Assembly: GCA_021163925.1 (NCBI GenBank)
Contig: JAGGTD010000013.1
Coordinates: 1-57,960, forward strand
Length of the DNA: 57,960 nt
From: Nitrososphaerota archaeon
Lineage (GTDB): Archaea > Thermoproteota > Nitrososphaeria_A > Caldarchaeales > Wolframiiraptoraceae
Reading direction: 5' to 3'
This document shows, piece after piece, positions 17,895 to 27,096 of this stretch (the stretch's first letter is position 1; every line of letters begins with the position of its first letter). The notes beneath the pieces were generated by a model, which saw only the letters and a list, made by a program, of their open reading frames with translations, did no database searches and was not told the origin of the DNA. A program made the translations under genes and the position numbers.

Positions 17895-19022
17895 TCAATC
17901 GACGAGGTCGCGTCTATCCACACTCGTTGAGGCAGATTTGTTGATGAGCCTCTCATACTCCTCATAGATGCTGTGGAGAAGCCTTTGATGGGCCACGCCC
18001 TTAACCGCCGCGGCTATACATGTCCCGCCAGCCCCAACTCCCTCCTTAACATAGCCTCTCTCATAGTATCTCAGGCCTTCGTGGGGGGCGTTTGAGAAGT
18101 CTAGATCATATGCCACGATAGGCGTGTTTGGATAGATCATCCTCACGAGGCCCACTAGATCGGATGAATCATCGCTGAGCAGCCATCTAGTCGTCCCTAT
18201 CAAGACCCTCCCCTCCAAGGATACTTTGGCGTGCTTGGCTATGGCGAGCACGGCGGCCATCTGAGTTCCACCGGCGAGAATGACCCTCGCATCCTGCTTT
18301 AACGCTCCAGCCAGAAAGCCCGCCATAGAGACGTGGACGGGGTCTCCAAGCCTGGCCACCGCCTCGAACGGGTTTCTACTAGACAATCCACCAGACTTCT
18401 TTAATCCCCTCCTAACGATCTCTTGCTTGAGGGCATGTGGGTTCTCGGGGGCTGCGCTACTAATCATCCCCCACGCCTCATATCCGAGGGCTATCAGAAT
18501 TCCCAGCGCCGTCGTGGTTCCACCTGGGATGCTCTCACCCAAGATTATAAGCTCGGCTAGCCGTGCGAGCTCATCGGCCAAGACCTTGCTCTCCTCGAAT
18601 AAGTTTCTTGCAGCCTCATGGGGGAGGGCTCGGCCGAGGTCTATCCTCTCCCCAACAATCCTACTCGGAAGATCCACATGAGGTATCTTGGGCTCCACAT
18701 AGGATCCGGCATCGACCACGAGGAAGGGGATGTTGGAAGAGTTGAGGGCGGCGCGGGTGATCAGGGCGGGCGTCGGTATCCCCTTGGGGGTGACCGGTAT
18801 CCGATCCAAGCTTAGAGGTCTTCCATGGAATAGGTATTCCATGTCGACCGCTGGGGTGTAGAGCGTTAGTTCGGGCGTGGCTCCGGCGACGCTTATCCCG
18901 GGTATGGTCGAGGTCTTCGTAGACCCTATGAAGTATACGCCTAAGACCCGCCCATCTCTAGCCGATGAGAGGATTCTCCTCGCCTCATCCCCTCGATAAG
19001 CATAGATCAGATGGTCCATCAA
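17895..19022 (-). CDS. cobT: Archaeal-type nicotinate-nucleotide:dimethylbenzimidazole phosphoribosyltransferase (CobT/UPF0284)
   Basis: 375 aa. GISVAGATPE, GESIPGGTTTA and LAGGTQMAA fit the archaeal CobT family. First gene of the cobamide operon. Confidence 0.7.
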   Translation of the reverse strand: MMDHLIYAYRGDEARRILSSARDGRVLGVYFIGSTKTSTIPGISVAGATPELTLYTPAVDMEYLFHGRPLSLDRIPVTPKGIPTPALITRAALNSSNIPFLVVDAGSYVEPKIPHVDLPSRIVGERIDLGRALPHEAARNLFEESKVLADELARLAELIILGESIPGGTTTALGILIALGYEAWGMISSAAPENPHALKQEIVRRGLKKSGGLSSRNPFEAVARLGDPVHVSMAGFLAGALKQDARVILAGGTQMAAVLAIAKHAKVSLEGRVLIGTTRWLLSDDSSDLVGLVRMIYPNTPIVAYDLDFSNAPHEGLRYYERGYVKEGVGAGGTCIAAAVKGVAHQRLLHSIYEEYERLINKSASTSVDRRDLVD

Positions 19023-19186
19023 CCCTTTTCCTCGTGTTAAGAGGATTAAGCTGCTTAAAGGTCTGTTTTCCCCGGGAGCGGCGATGCGGGAAAGGGATTA
19101 AATCAGATTTCATCCTTTCTAGGGATAGTTGGCATGATGGAGTCCATGAGCTCGCAGAGCCTCGATGAGCGTGGGGAGATGAGGAG

Positions 19187-19843
19187 TTGAAGATCTGTGG
19201 GATAGATGAGGCTGGGAGGGGGGCGGTAATAGGGCCGATGGTGGTAGCGGGCGTCCTAATGGATCATAGAGAAGTTGAGGAGCTGGTCGAGCTTGGGGTG
19301 AAGGACTCAAAGAAGCTCAAACCCACGGCTAGAGCCCAGCTCTCCAAGCTCATAAGGGAGAAAGCTGAGAAGGTTGAGGTCGTCGCCCTCGACGCCGAGA
19401 CCATCGATAAATCGACTAAGAGGAGTGGGGCGGAGGGACTTAATAGGCTTGAGGCTAAAGTCTTCGCCGAGATAATCAATTCCCTCAAACCCGATGCCGC
19501 CTACATAGATCTACCGTCGACGAACTATGAGGAGTTCAGGGATCTCATCTCCAGGCTCATGAATCATAGATGCGCCCTAATCCTAGAGCATAAGGCCGAT
19601 GAGAAGTATCCCATCGTATCCGCAGCCTCGATAATCGCGAAGCATGAGAGGGATAGCTTGATCGAGAGACTGAAAATCGAGCTCGGGGACTTCGGCTCCG
19701 GCTATCCATCCGATCCCAAGACCCGTCGCTATCTCATGGATAGGCTTAGGAGGGGTTGCCTCAAAGACCCGCACATCAGATCCACTTGGAAAACTCTCTC
19801 AAAGATCGCCCAGCTCAGGCTGGATGAATTCTCAGAGGAGTGA
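19187..19843 (+). CDS. rnhB: Ribonuclease HII
   Basis: 218 aa. GIDEAGRGAVIGPMVVAG, the DSKKL motif and SAASIIAK are present. TTG start preceded by GAGGAG. Confidence 0.9.
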   Translation: MKICGIDEAGRGAVIGPMVVAGVLMDHREVEELVELGVKDSKKLKPTARAQLSKLIREKAEKVEVVALDAETIDKSTKRSGAEGLNRLEAKVFAEIINSLKPDAAYIDLPSTNYEEFRDLISRLMNHRCALILEHKADEKYPIVSAASIIAKHERDSLIERLKIELGDFGSGYPSDPKTRRYLMDRLRRGCLKDPHIRSTWKTLSKIAQLRLDEFSEE

Positions 19844-20577
19844 GTGGAGGTGGAGACGGCTTGAAGCTGTCGAGGAGAGAGTTCCTGATCTCGGCGGCGG
19901 CCATAATCTCCTCGGCAACCCTATACTCATATCTGGAGACACGGAGAATATTGAAGACGAGGCTTGAGATGGGATTGGGCTCGAAGCTCGCGTTCATCGT
20001 CGACACACATACGCATGATTTTGGAGCGGTTGAGCGGGAGGTCGTGAGGATTTTGGGGGAGGAGGATCCAGATATGATCCTGCTTGGAGGAGATATCATC
20101 GATGAGTTCACAAGCTCCTTAAAGCCCGTCCGCCGATACCTATCCCAGCTCGAAGCAGAGGAGAAGTATGCGGTCTTGGGAAATCACGATTATTGGTGTG
20201 GGAGGGCTGGAGAACTCGTGGCCATGCTTAAAGACCTCGGATTCAAGGTTCTGAGAGATGAGTTCGCCGATACGAGGATAGGTAGGATATTTGGAGTCGA
20301 TTGGAGAGACGATAGAAATTATCCAAGCAACATCAGGGGAGATCTGATCCTAACGCATGACCCGAACGCCGCAGAATCCGCCGATGGGAGAATCGTTTTA
20401 GCCGGACACACTCACGGCGGGGTCGTGGTGGGAGGGGTGACAATATTCTCGAACTCGATCTACACGAGAGGGCTTTACAGGCTTGGAGACGATGAAATCC
20501 TATACGTTTCTAGAGGTTTGGGTCAGATGTATCCCCTGAGACCCACGTCGCCCCTCGAACTCGTGATCCTAGAGTGA
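19840..20577 (+). CDS. Calcineurin-like metallophosphoesterase with a twin-arginine signal peptide
   Basis: 245 aa. SRREFLISAAAI is a Tat motif followed by a hydrophobic region. DTH, GGDIID, GNHD and GHTHGG are metallophosphoesterase motifs. Overlaps rnhB by 4 nt. Confidence 0.75.
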   Translation: MSGGGDGLKLSRREFLISAAAIISSATLYSYLETRRILKTRLEMGLGSKLAFIVDTHTHDFGAVEREVVRILGEEDPDMILLGGDIIDEFTSSLKPVRRYLSQLEAEEKYAVLGNHDYWCGRAGELVAMLKDLGFKVLRDEFADTRIGRIFGVDWRDDRNYPSNIRGDLILTHDPNAAESADGRIVLAGHTHGGVVVGGVTIFSNSIYTRGLYRLGDDEILYVSRGLGQMYPLRPTSPLELVILE

Positions 20578-20580
20578 GTT

Positions 20581-21183
20581 TTAACGGCTGAGAGAGTCTA
20601 TTATCAGCCTACAGAATTCGGGTAGATCGTCTGGAACCCTAGCGGTTATGATGTTCCCATCCTTGACGGCTGGCTCATCGACGTAGATCGCGCCGGCGTT
20701 TACGAGGTCATCCTTAACCGCCTCATAACATGTCATCCTCCTACCCTTGACTATTCCAGCCGAGATCAAGACCTGTGGGCCATGGCAGATCGCCGCGATA
20801 AGCTTCCCCTCTTCATGGAATTCTCTAACAAGCTTCAAGACTTCTGGAATCACCCTAAGTCTATCGGGTGAGAATCCACCTGGGATTATTAGGGCGTCGA
20901 ATTCCTTTGGATCGATCTCATCGAGCTTCATGATGACATGCCTCTCACCGTCTCTAAGGAATCCGAAGGGGATTGGGGTTCCATAGCGGCCCGTCACGGG
21001 CTTCTGGGCGACGGGTCTTGGATGGCTTCCCCTCATTATAGGCACGACCGCGACCTCGGCTCCCTCCTCGCTCAGCCTTATCAGGGGATATAGTAACTCT
21101 ATGTCCTCGAACTCGTTCGCCGCTATAATCGCAACCCTCCTACCCTTTAGCCTCTCACCCGGCCCAACTCGCTTGACGGGCAT
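20581..21183 (-). CDS. pfpI: DJ-1/PfpI family protein (intracellular protease / deglycase type)
   Basis: 200 aa. The nucleophile elbow AAICHGPQVL and the IIPGG motif are present. Confidence 0.85.
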   Translation of the reverse strand: MPVKRVGPGERLKGRRVAIIAANEFEDIELLYPLIRLSEEGAEVAVVPIMRGSHPRPVAQKPVTGRYGTPIPFGFLRDGERHVIMKLDEIDPKEFDALIIPGGFSPDRLRVIPEVLKLVREFHEEGKLIAAICHGPQVLISAGIVKGRRMTCYEAVKDDLVNAGAIYVDEPAVKDGNIITARVPDDLPEFCRLIIDSLSR

Positions 21184-21242
21184 GTATGATGGGTTGTTTT
21201 CGCTGTTTTTAGGCTTGATTGCTTGGATGGATCATCCAACCC

Positions 21243-21250
21243 TTATATTT
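21243..21250 (+). promoter_or_regulatory. TATA box upstream of the binding-protein/permease/ATPase operon
   Basis: TTATATTT is centred about 26 nt upstream of the ATG at 21272, consistent with a leaderless transcript. Confidence 0.45.
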
Positions 21251-21271
21251 CCCGAAACCAATTAACACCCG

Positions 21272-22768
21272 ATGCACATGAGGCGGGCTACCTCGATCCT
21301 CCTCTTATTATTGATCCTCAGCCTACTCGCCCCACTAAGCCTAGTATCCGCGCAGGAGCAGGGAGTAACCGTTGTAGACGATTTTGGAAGAGAAGTTCTG
21401 ATTCCGCGTGAGCCCACGAAGATAGTCTCTACAGCTCCGAGCATAACCGAGATCCTCTTCGCCCTAGGCTTGGGGGATAGGGTTGTCGGCGTAACCAGAT
21501 ACTGCAACTACCCACCCGAGGTCTTGGAGAAGGTCGGTAAGGGTGAGATAACGGTCATAGGGGGATACACCGACCCAAGCTTAGAGAAGATCATCGGATT
21601 AAACCCCGATCTCGTTATAGGCCACAACCTCTTGAAACCCGAGTTCGTTAAGAAGATTGAGGACGCTGGAATACCGATCATAGTCGTCAAGACATCTGAG
21701 ACCATCCAAGGAGTATATGATGATATTAAGTTGATTGGAAAGGCGTGTTGGGCCGATGACGCCGCCTCGAAGCTCGTCGAGAAACTCAAGAACAGGATAA
21801 CGTTTTGGGAGAAGCGGGTTGAGGGGGTCGAGAGGGTCGATGTAGCTGAGATAGCTTGGGTGAATCCCCTCTGGGTCGCCGGAAACGGAACATACATCCA
21901 CGACATAATCGAGCACGCCGGGGGCAGAAACGTCTTCGCAGATAAGAATTGGTGGGCCTCTGTAAGCGATGAAGAACTTGTCGCGAGGGATCCGGACTAC
22001 ATAATCGTCCCATACAAGCATGGGCAGGAGCTCATCTATGAGGGGGTAATGAAGATGAAGGAGGAGGGGCTGATACATGGAGAGGTCATCCCGATAGATC
22101 CAGACATAATCAGCAGGCCTGGGCCTAGGGTAGCCTTACTCTTCGAGATGGTGGTCAAGGCCCTACATCCAGAGATTTGGAGCAAGGTCTACAAGGTCGA
22201 GAATCTGATAGCTCCGAGGAGGGCGATCGTCGGAGACCTCATAACAGTCTACGCCTTGGTGAAGAATCCTGGAATGGTCGCGGGAGAGAAGAACGTGGAG
22301 CTGAGCGTCGATGGAAAAACCATCTCAAAGACTGTCAAACTAGGCCCAGGTGAGGAGAGGTTACTGAACTTCACATTCGTCGTCGAGAGGAAGGGGACGT
22401 ATGAGGTGAGACTTGGATCTTTATCGAGGTCTATCGAAGTCTCTCCGACGAGCGAGGAGATTATGAGCGAGGCGAGAAAATCCATCGAGGAATCCATGAG
22501 AAGCTATGTGGGTGAGGTGATCTCGCCGATCTCATCCAAGCTGGACTCGATGACCTCCGACGTAAGCTCCCTCAAACAGGATCTCGATAAGCTCGAATCC
22601 AGCACTTCATCTGAGATCGCAAAGCTCTCGGGAGAGGTCTCAAAGCTCGGCGAACAAGTAGGCTCGCTTAACGGCTTGGCCACGGCATCGATAGTCCTCT
22701 CGATCATAGCGTTGATAATCTCCTTGGCCTCGGTGGCATACGCATACCATAAGGTAAAGAAGGCTTAA
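21272..22768 (+). CDS. BtuF/FhuD-type ABC substrate-binding protein with CARDB-like domain, coiled-coil stalk and C-terminal TM anchor
   Basis: 498 aa. It has an N-terminal signal peptide (MRRATSILLLLLILSLLAPLSLVSA) and a Peripla_BP_2 pattern (IVSTAPSITEILFALG). Residues ~305-390 resemble a CARDB beta-sandwich, followed by a Ser/Glu/Lys-rich heptad segment and a terminal hydrophobic helix plus KVKKA. Confidence 0.75.
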   Translation: MHMRRATSILLLLLILSLLAPLSLVSAQEQGVTVVDDFGREVLIPREPTKIVSTAPSITEILFALGLGDRVVGVTRYCNYPPEVLEKVGKGEITVIGGYTDPSLEKIIGLNPDLVIGHNLLKPEFVKKIEDAGIPIIVVKTSETIQGVYDDIKLIGKACWADDAASKLVEKLKNRITFWEKRVEGVERVDVAEIAWVNPLWVAGNGTYIHDIIEHAGGRNVFADKNWWASVSDEELVARDPDYIIVPYKHGQELIYEGVMKMKEEGLIHGEVIPIDPDIISRPGPRVALLFEMVVKALHPEIWSKVYKVENLIAPRRAIVGDLITVYALVKNPGMVAGEKNVELSVDGKTISKTVKLGPGEERLLNFTFVVERKGTYEVRLGSLSRSIEVSPTSEEIMSEARKSIEESMRSYVGEVISPISSKLDSMTSDVSSLKQDLDKLESSTSSEIAKLSGEVSKLGEQVGSLNGLATASIVLSIIALIISLASVAYAYHKVKKA

Positions 22769-22780
22769 TGGTAGTCGGGG

Positions 22781-23842
22781 ATGAGCGGGGAGTCTCAAGA
22801 GATCCTCGAGGCCAGGCTTGGAGAAATAGGGCTACTTAAACGTAGATTGCTTAGATGGAGGGCGGTTCTAACCTATCTGGCCATAGGTCTATGCCTGACC
22901 ATCATAGCGGCGACGGCGATAGGGCCCGTCTACATCCCCCCAGCCGAGATAATCTCGATAATCTTGCATAAACTTGGATTGAGGGTCGGCGGGTTCAGCG
23001 AGCCGCATATGAAGATAATCCTCCAGCTAAGGCTTCCGAGAATACTCCTCGGAATACTCGTCGGCATGGCCCTATCCGTGGCAGGCGCGATCATGCAGGG
23101 ATTGTTCAGAAATCCTTTGGCCGGGCCATACGTGCTCGGGGTCTCCTCAGGGGCGTCGCTCGGAGCAGCCCTATCCATAACCTTTCTACCCGCGTTTATG
23201 GGAGTATATACGACCCCCTTGGCCGCATTCATGGGTGGGTTGACGGCGATAATCTTGGTCTATAATATCGTCAAGCTCTGCGGCAGGTTTACGGTAGGAT
23301 CCCTTCTACTCGCAGGGATAGCCGTGAACTACCTATTCTCAGCAATCCTCTCGATAATCATCTGGACCCTTAGCAGAGACGCACACACCATACTTCTTTG
23401 GATAATGGGCGGGTTATGGGGTGCTGATTGGCTTAAGATCGAGGTGATCGCCCCGATAATCCTCACGCTGATACTCATAACATTCATCTTCTCAAAGGAT
23501 CTGAACGCGCTACTACTTGGGGAGGAGACCGCTCAATCGATAGGGGTGAACGTGAAGCTCGTTGAAAAACTCTTGCCGATCCTCGCATCCCTGATAACGA
23601 GCGCCGCCGTCTCCTTCGCCGGAGCGATAGGCTTCATAGGCTTGATGATGCCGCATATAATGAGGATGATCGTCGGGCCAGATCACAGGATATTGATACC
23701 ATCATCAGCCTTAGCAGGTGGAATATTCTTGGTCTGGGCGGATGCCGCCGCTAGATGCTTACTGGAACTTCCAGTTGGGGTGATAACCGCCCTGGCTGGG
23801 ACGCCGTTCTTCATCTACCTGTTGAGGAGGCGGAGGCCATGA
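22781..23842 (+). CDS. btuC: FecCD/BtuC-family ABC permease
   Basis: 353 aa and polytopic. LRLPRILLGILVGMALSVAGAIMQGLFRNPLA is the signature FecCD segment. Confidence 0.85.
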   Translation: MSGESQEILEARLGEIGLLKRRLLRWRAVLTYLAIGLCLTIIAATAIGPVYIPPAEIISIILHKLGLRVGGFSEPHMKIILQLRLPRILLGILVGMALSVAGAIMQGLFRNPLAGPYVLGVSSGASLGAALSITFLPAFMGVYTTPLAAFMGGLTAIILVYNIVKLCGRFTVGSLLLAGIAVNYLFSAILSIIIWTLSRDAHTILLWIMGGLWGADWLKIEVIAPIILTLILITFIFSKDLNALLLGEETAQSIGVNVKLVEKLLPILASLITSAAVSFAGAIGFIGLMMPHIMRMIVGPDHRILIPSSALAGGIFLVWADAAARCLLELPVGVITALAGTPFFIYLLRRRRP

Positions 23843-24672
23843 GGCTGAAGGTCGACAGAGTCCAATTCTATTATGAGGCGAGAAAGGTTTTGGATGAGAT
23901 AAGCTTCGAGGCTGGTGAGGGGGAGTTCATAGGGTTGATCGGGCCGAATGGATCTGGGAAGACGACGCTCCTAAAGATCATAGATGGAATCTTGAGACCT
24001 AAGGTTGGATCGGTTTACTTGGACTGTAAGCGTATCTCCGAGCTAGATCCAAAGGAGCTTGCGAGAGAACTCGCGATTGTTCCCCAGACAGCCGACTTAA
24101 GCTTCGATCTAAAGGTCTTCGATGTCGTCATGATGGGGAGATATCCATATCTCAGGAAGCTCTCACTTGAGAGGGAGATAGATGAGGAGAAGGTTAGGTT
24201 TTGGATGAAGCTCACGAACACCCTACATCTCGCCGAACGATCGATCAAGGAGATCAGCGGGGGTGAGAGGCAGAGAGTCTTGATCGCGAGGGCCTTGGCC
24301 CAAGAGCCGAGAATCCTACTCCTAGACGAGCCCACATCAAATCTAGATGTATGCTATCAGATCGAGATCATGAACCTCTTGAAGGAGCTGGTCGAGAAAC
24401 TTGGATTGACGATAATCTGCGCGATCCACGACCTAAACCTCGCCGCGAGATACAGCGATAAGATTATCCTGATAAATGGTGGGAGGATTAAGGGCATCGG
24501 GAGACCCATAGAGGTTTTAACTAAGGAGAATTTGAGGGACGTATTCAAGATCGAGGCGAAGATGGAGTATGATCAAGATTCTAAGAGCCTCACGATAATC
24601 CCGATCAAGACCATAGGCCAAGAACTTGAGGAGAGGAGATCCATCCTCTCAAAAGCCTTAGAGAGGGGATGA
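23839..24672 (+). CDS. btuD: ABC transporter ATPase (BtuD/FecE type)
   Basis: Walker A GPNGSGKTT, signature ISGGERQR and Walker B LLLDEP are present. I place the start at ATG 23839, which forms an ATGA overlap with the permease stop. The track ORF begins at 23755, inside the permease. Confidence 0.85.
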   Translation: MRLKVDRVQFYYEARKVLDEISFEAGEGEFIGLIGPNGSGKTTLLKIIDGILRPKVGSVYLDCKRISELDPKELARELAIVPQTADLSFDLKVFDVVMMGRYPYLRKLSLEREIDEEKVRFWMKLTNTLHLAERSIKEISGGERQRVLIARALAQEPRILLLDEPTSNLDVCYQIEIMNLLKELVEKLGLTIICAIHDLNLAARYSDKIILINGGRIKGIGRPIEVLTKENLRDVFKIEAKMEYDQDSKSLTIIPIKTIGQELEERRSILSKALERG

Positions 24673-24699
24673 TTTTTAACCAGATGAAATCCCCTCAAG

Positions 24700-25266
24700 T
24701 TGGGGATGGAGAGGAGAGGCGGTAACCGCATACTCTACGCCTTAACCGGCAGACCTGGATGCGGGAAGACCACGGCGATCCTAAAGATAGTCGAGGAACT
24801 CAAGAACAGGGGCGTCGAGGTCGATGGGATGTATACGGAGGAGATGAGGGTTAGTGGGAGGAGGGTTGGATTCATGGTTAAGAGGATTGGTGGAGGGGAG
24901 GGCATACTCGCCCACGTAAATCTGAGAGATGGGCCAAGGCTTGGAAGATATAGGGTGAATCTAGCGAATCTCGAGAGGATCGGGGTCTCGGCCATACTTG
25001 ACGGGATTAGAGATGCTGATGTAGTCGTCGTCGACGAGGTTGGGCCTATGGAGCTCTTCAGCCGAAAATTTAGGGATGCGGTTGAAAGGTTATTGAATTC
25101 AGATAAGCATGCCGTCTTAACCGTCCATTATAGATCTAGGGACAAGCTCGCGATGAAGGTTAGGAGGCTCGCTGGAGACAACCTCATAACCCTGAATCAG
25201 ATGAATAGAAATGAAGTTCCGAGGATCATAGTCGGTAGGATCTTGGAGGCTTTGGGGAAGAGATGA
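24700..25266 (+). CDS. THEP1-type nucleoside triphosphatase
   Basis: 188 aa. Walker A GRPGCGKTT, Walker B VVVDEVGPME, and a size typical of the archaeal NTPase family. Confidence 0.7.
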   Translation: MGMERRGGNRILYALTGRPGCGKTTAILKIVEELKNRGVEVDGMYTEEMRVSGRRVGFMVKRIGGGEGILAHVNLRDGPRLGRYRVNLANLERIGVSAILDGIRDADVVVVDEVGPMELFSRKFRDAVERLLNSDKHAVLTVHYRSRDKLAMKVRRLAGDNLITLNQMNRNEVPRIIVGRILEALGKR

Positions 25267-26459
25267 GGGATGTCGTTGAGAGGCTTGGATACGAGGTCGA
25301 GCTTAGGGTTGAGGGTAAGGCCAGATTCTATGCTCCAAGGCTTCCAAGCGAGAAGGGATATGCCCCGACAAGCCTCCCAGTATTCTATAACCCTGTCTCC
25401 AAGCCAAACCGCGACATGGCCATACTCTTCACGAAGACCTTCTTCAAAGATAAGAAAATCAGAGTTTGCGAGCCCCTCGCTGGGACGGGTGTGAGGAGCA
25501 TTAGACTAGTTTTGGAGACCGATGTTGTGGATGAGGTTGTGGCGAACGATATCTCAAAGAAAGCCTATGAACTCATGAAACTGAACATCGAATTGAATGA
25601 TGTTGGAGAATATGTTAGGCCGATGAACTTAGATGCGAACGAGCTCCTCTCCATGTGTGGGAGGGGGAGGCCGAGATATAATTACGTGGATATAGATCCA
25701 GCTGGATCACCCGCAAAGTTCATGGAGAATGGGTTCAGGGGATGTGATAGGGGAGGAATATTGAGCGCGACGGCGACGGATATGTCGGCCTTAACCGGCG
25801 CAAAGCCGGCCTCATGTCTTAGGAAGTATGATGTCATCGTCTCGAAGACCCCGTTCTCGAAGGAGGTTGCCTTAAGGATTCTGGCGGGTTTCATGGTTAG
25901 GACCGCCGCGAGATTGGGGCTCGCCGCGAAGCCCATCCTCTCCTTCCAGAAAGACCATTACATTAAGGTGTTCACGGCTGTCGATAGGGGGATCACGAAG
26001 GCAAAGGAGCAACTTAAGCAGGTTGGATGGATCTCCTATTGTCATAAGTGTATGAGGATCTATACGGCTAGAAGGAGTGAGAAGCCCGTGATGAGATGTG
26101 TTGAATGTGGTGTGGAGCTAAGCCCCATCGGCCCACTCTGGATAGGTGGGTTGTCGGATAAAGATCTGGTCGAGGAGATGTATAGATGCGCCTTAGACGA
26201 GGAGGAGATATATCGCGATGTCTTGAAGCTCCTCAGATATCTGAGCGCCGAGGACTCGGAGATCATAGGATACTATCCGGTTAACTACGTGGCCGAGGTG
26301 CTTAAGCAGTCTCCCATCAAGCCGAGGAAGGTGATCGAGGAGCTTAGAGCCATGGGATATAGGGCAACCGTCACCCACATAGATCCAAGCGGGTTTAAGA
26401 CCGACGCGCCGCCATCCACGATCGTGAAGCTATTCAAAGAGCTTAAACTTAAGAGCTGA
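25263..26459 (+). CDS. trm1: tRNA (guanine26-N2)-dimethyltransferase
   Basis: 398 aa. FYNP...NRD, the SAM-binding region EPLAGTGVRSIR, DIDPAGSP, and a CxxC...CxxC zinc motif in the C-terminal domain. Overlaps the upstream gene by 4 nt. Confidence 0.85.
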   Translation: MRDVVERLGYEVELRVEGKARFYAPRLPSEKGYAPTSLPVFYNPVSKPNRDMAILFTKTFFKDKKIRVCEPLAGTGVRSIRLVLETDVVDEVVANDISKKAYELMKLNIELNDVGEYVRPMNLDANELLSMCGRGRPRYNYVDIDPAGSPAKFMENGFRGCDRGGILSATATDMSALTGAKPASCLRKYDVIVSKTPFSKEVALRILAGFMVRTAARLGLAAKPILSFQKDHYIKVFTAVDRGITKAKEQLKQVGWISYCHKCMRIYTARRSEKPVMRCVECGVELSPIGPLWIGGLSDKDLVEEMYRCALDEEEIYRDVLKLLRYLSAEDSEIIGYYPVNYVAEVLKQSPIKPRKVIEELRAMGYRATVTHIDPSGFKTDAPPSTIVKLFKELKLKS

Positions 26460-26479
26460 AGAATCCGCCTCTTCTTGGA

Positions 26480-27094
26480 TTGCCGACTAATAGGTGGATT
26501 CAGGAGGCTGGAAGGGATCATTATAGGAGGAAGGCGAGGGAGGAGGGATATAGGTCTAGGGCGGCCTATAAGTTCCTAGAGGCTCAAAAGAGGTATGGAT
26601 TGGTGAAGAGGGGGGACATCGCCGTAGATCTAGGCGCATGGCCCGGCGGAATCTCGCAAGCATTGGCTAGGATGGTTGGATCTGAGGGGTTAGTGATAGC
26701 GGTCGATAGGAGGAAGTTTAAGAGGTTTGATGAGCAGAACATCGTAACCCTCCAGCTAGACATCTTAGAGGATGACGTGGTCTCCGAGGTCAGAAAGATC
26801 TTGCGTGAAAAGTCCGCCGACTTCCTAATCTCAGACGCCTCCCCAAGCTTCAGCGGGGTAAGGGATATAGATGTGCTTAGGCAGATTGAGTTAACCGAGA
26901 GATCCTATGAGATCGCGAGAGAACTCGTTAAGAGGGGCGGATCTGTTATGTTGAAGGCTCTTGAATGCGGCGAGCTCCATGAGCTTGAGCGGAGGCTTAG
27001 AGAGGAGTTTAAGGTTGTTAGGAGATTTATCCCTAAGGCGACGAGGAGGGGTAGCTCGGAACTCTATCTAATAGGTTTGGGGAAGCTCGTCTAA
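26480..27094 (+). CDS. rlmE: 23S rRNA 2-prime-O-ribose methyltransferase (FtsJ/RlmE)
   Basis: 204 aa. YRSRAAYKFLE, DLGAWPGG, the DASP segment and the K in LKALE fit the FtsJ K-D-K-E fold. Confidence 0.85.
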   Translation: MPTNRWIQEAGRDHYRRKAREEGYRSRAAYKFLEAQKRYGLVKRGDIAVDLGAWPGGISQALARMVGSEGLVIAVDRRKFKRFDEQNIVTLQLDILEDDVVSEVRKILREKSADFLISDASPSFSGVRDIDVLRQIELTERSYEIARELVKRGGSVMLKALECGELHELERRLREEFKVVRRFIPKATRRGSSELYLIGLGKLV

Positions 27095-27096
27095 AC

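Noticed and set aside
23755-23838. An upstream extension of the ABC ATPase ORF (track start at 23755).
   Set aside because: The extension overlaps the permease C-terminus by 88 nt and adds a non-ABC N-terminus. ATG 23839 gives the usual ATGA stop/start overlap and a normal distance to Walker A.
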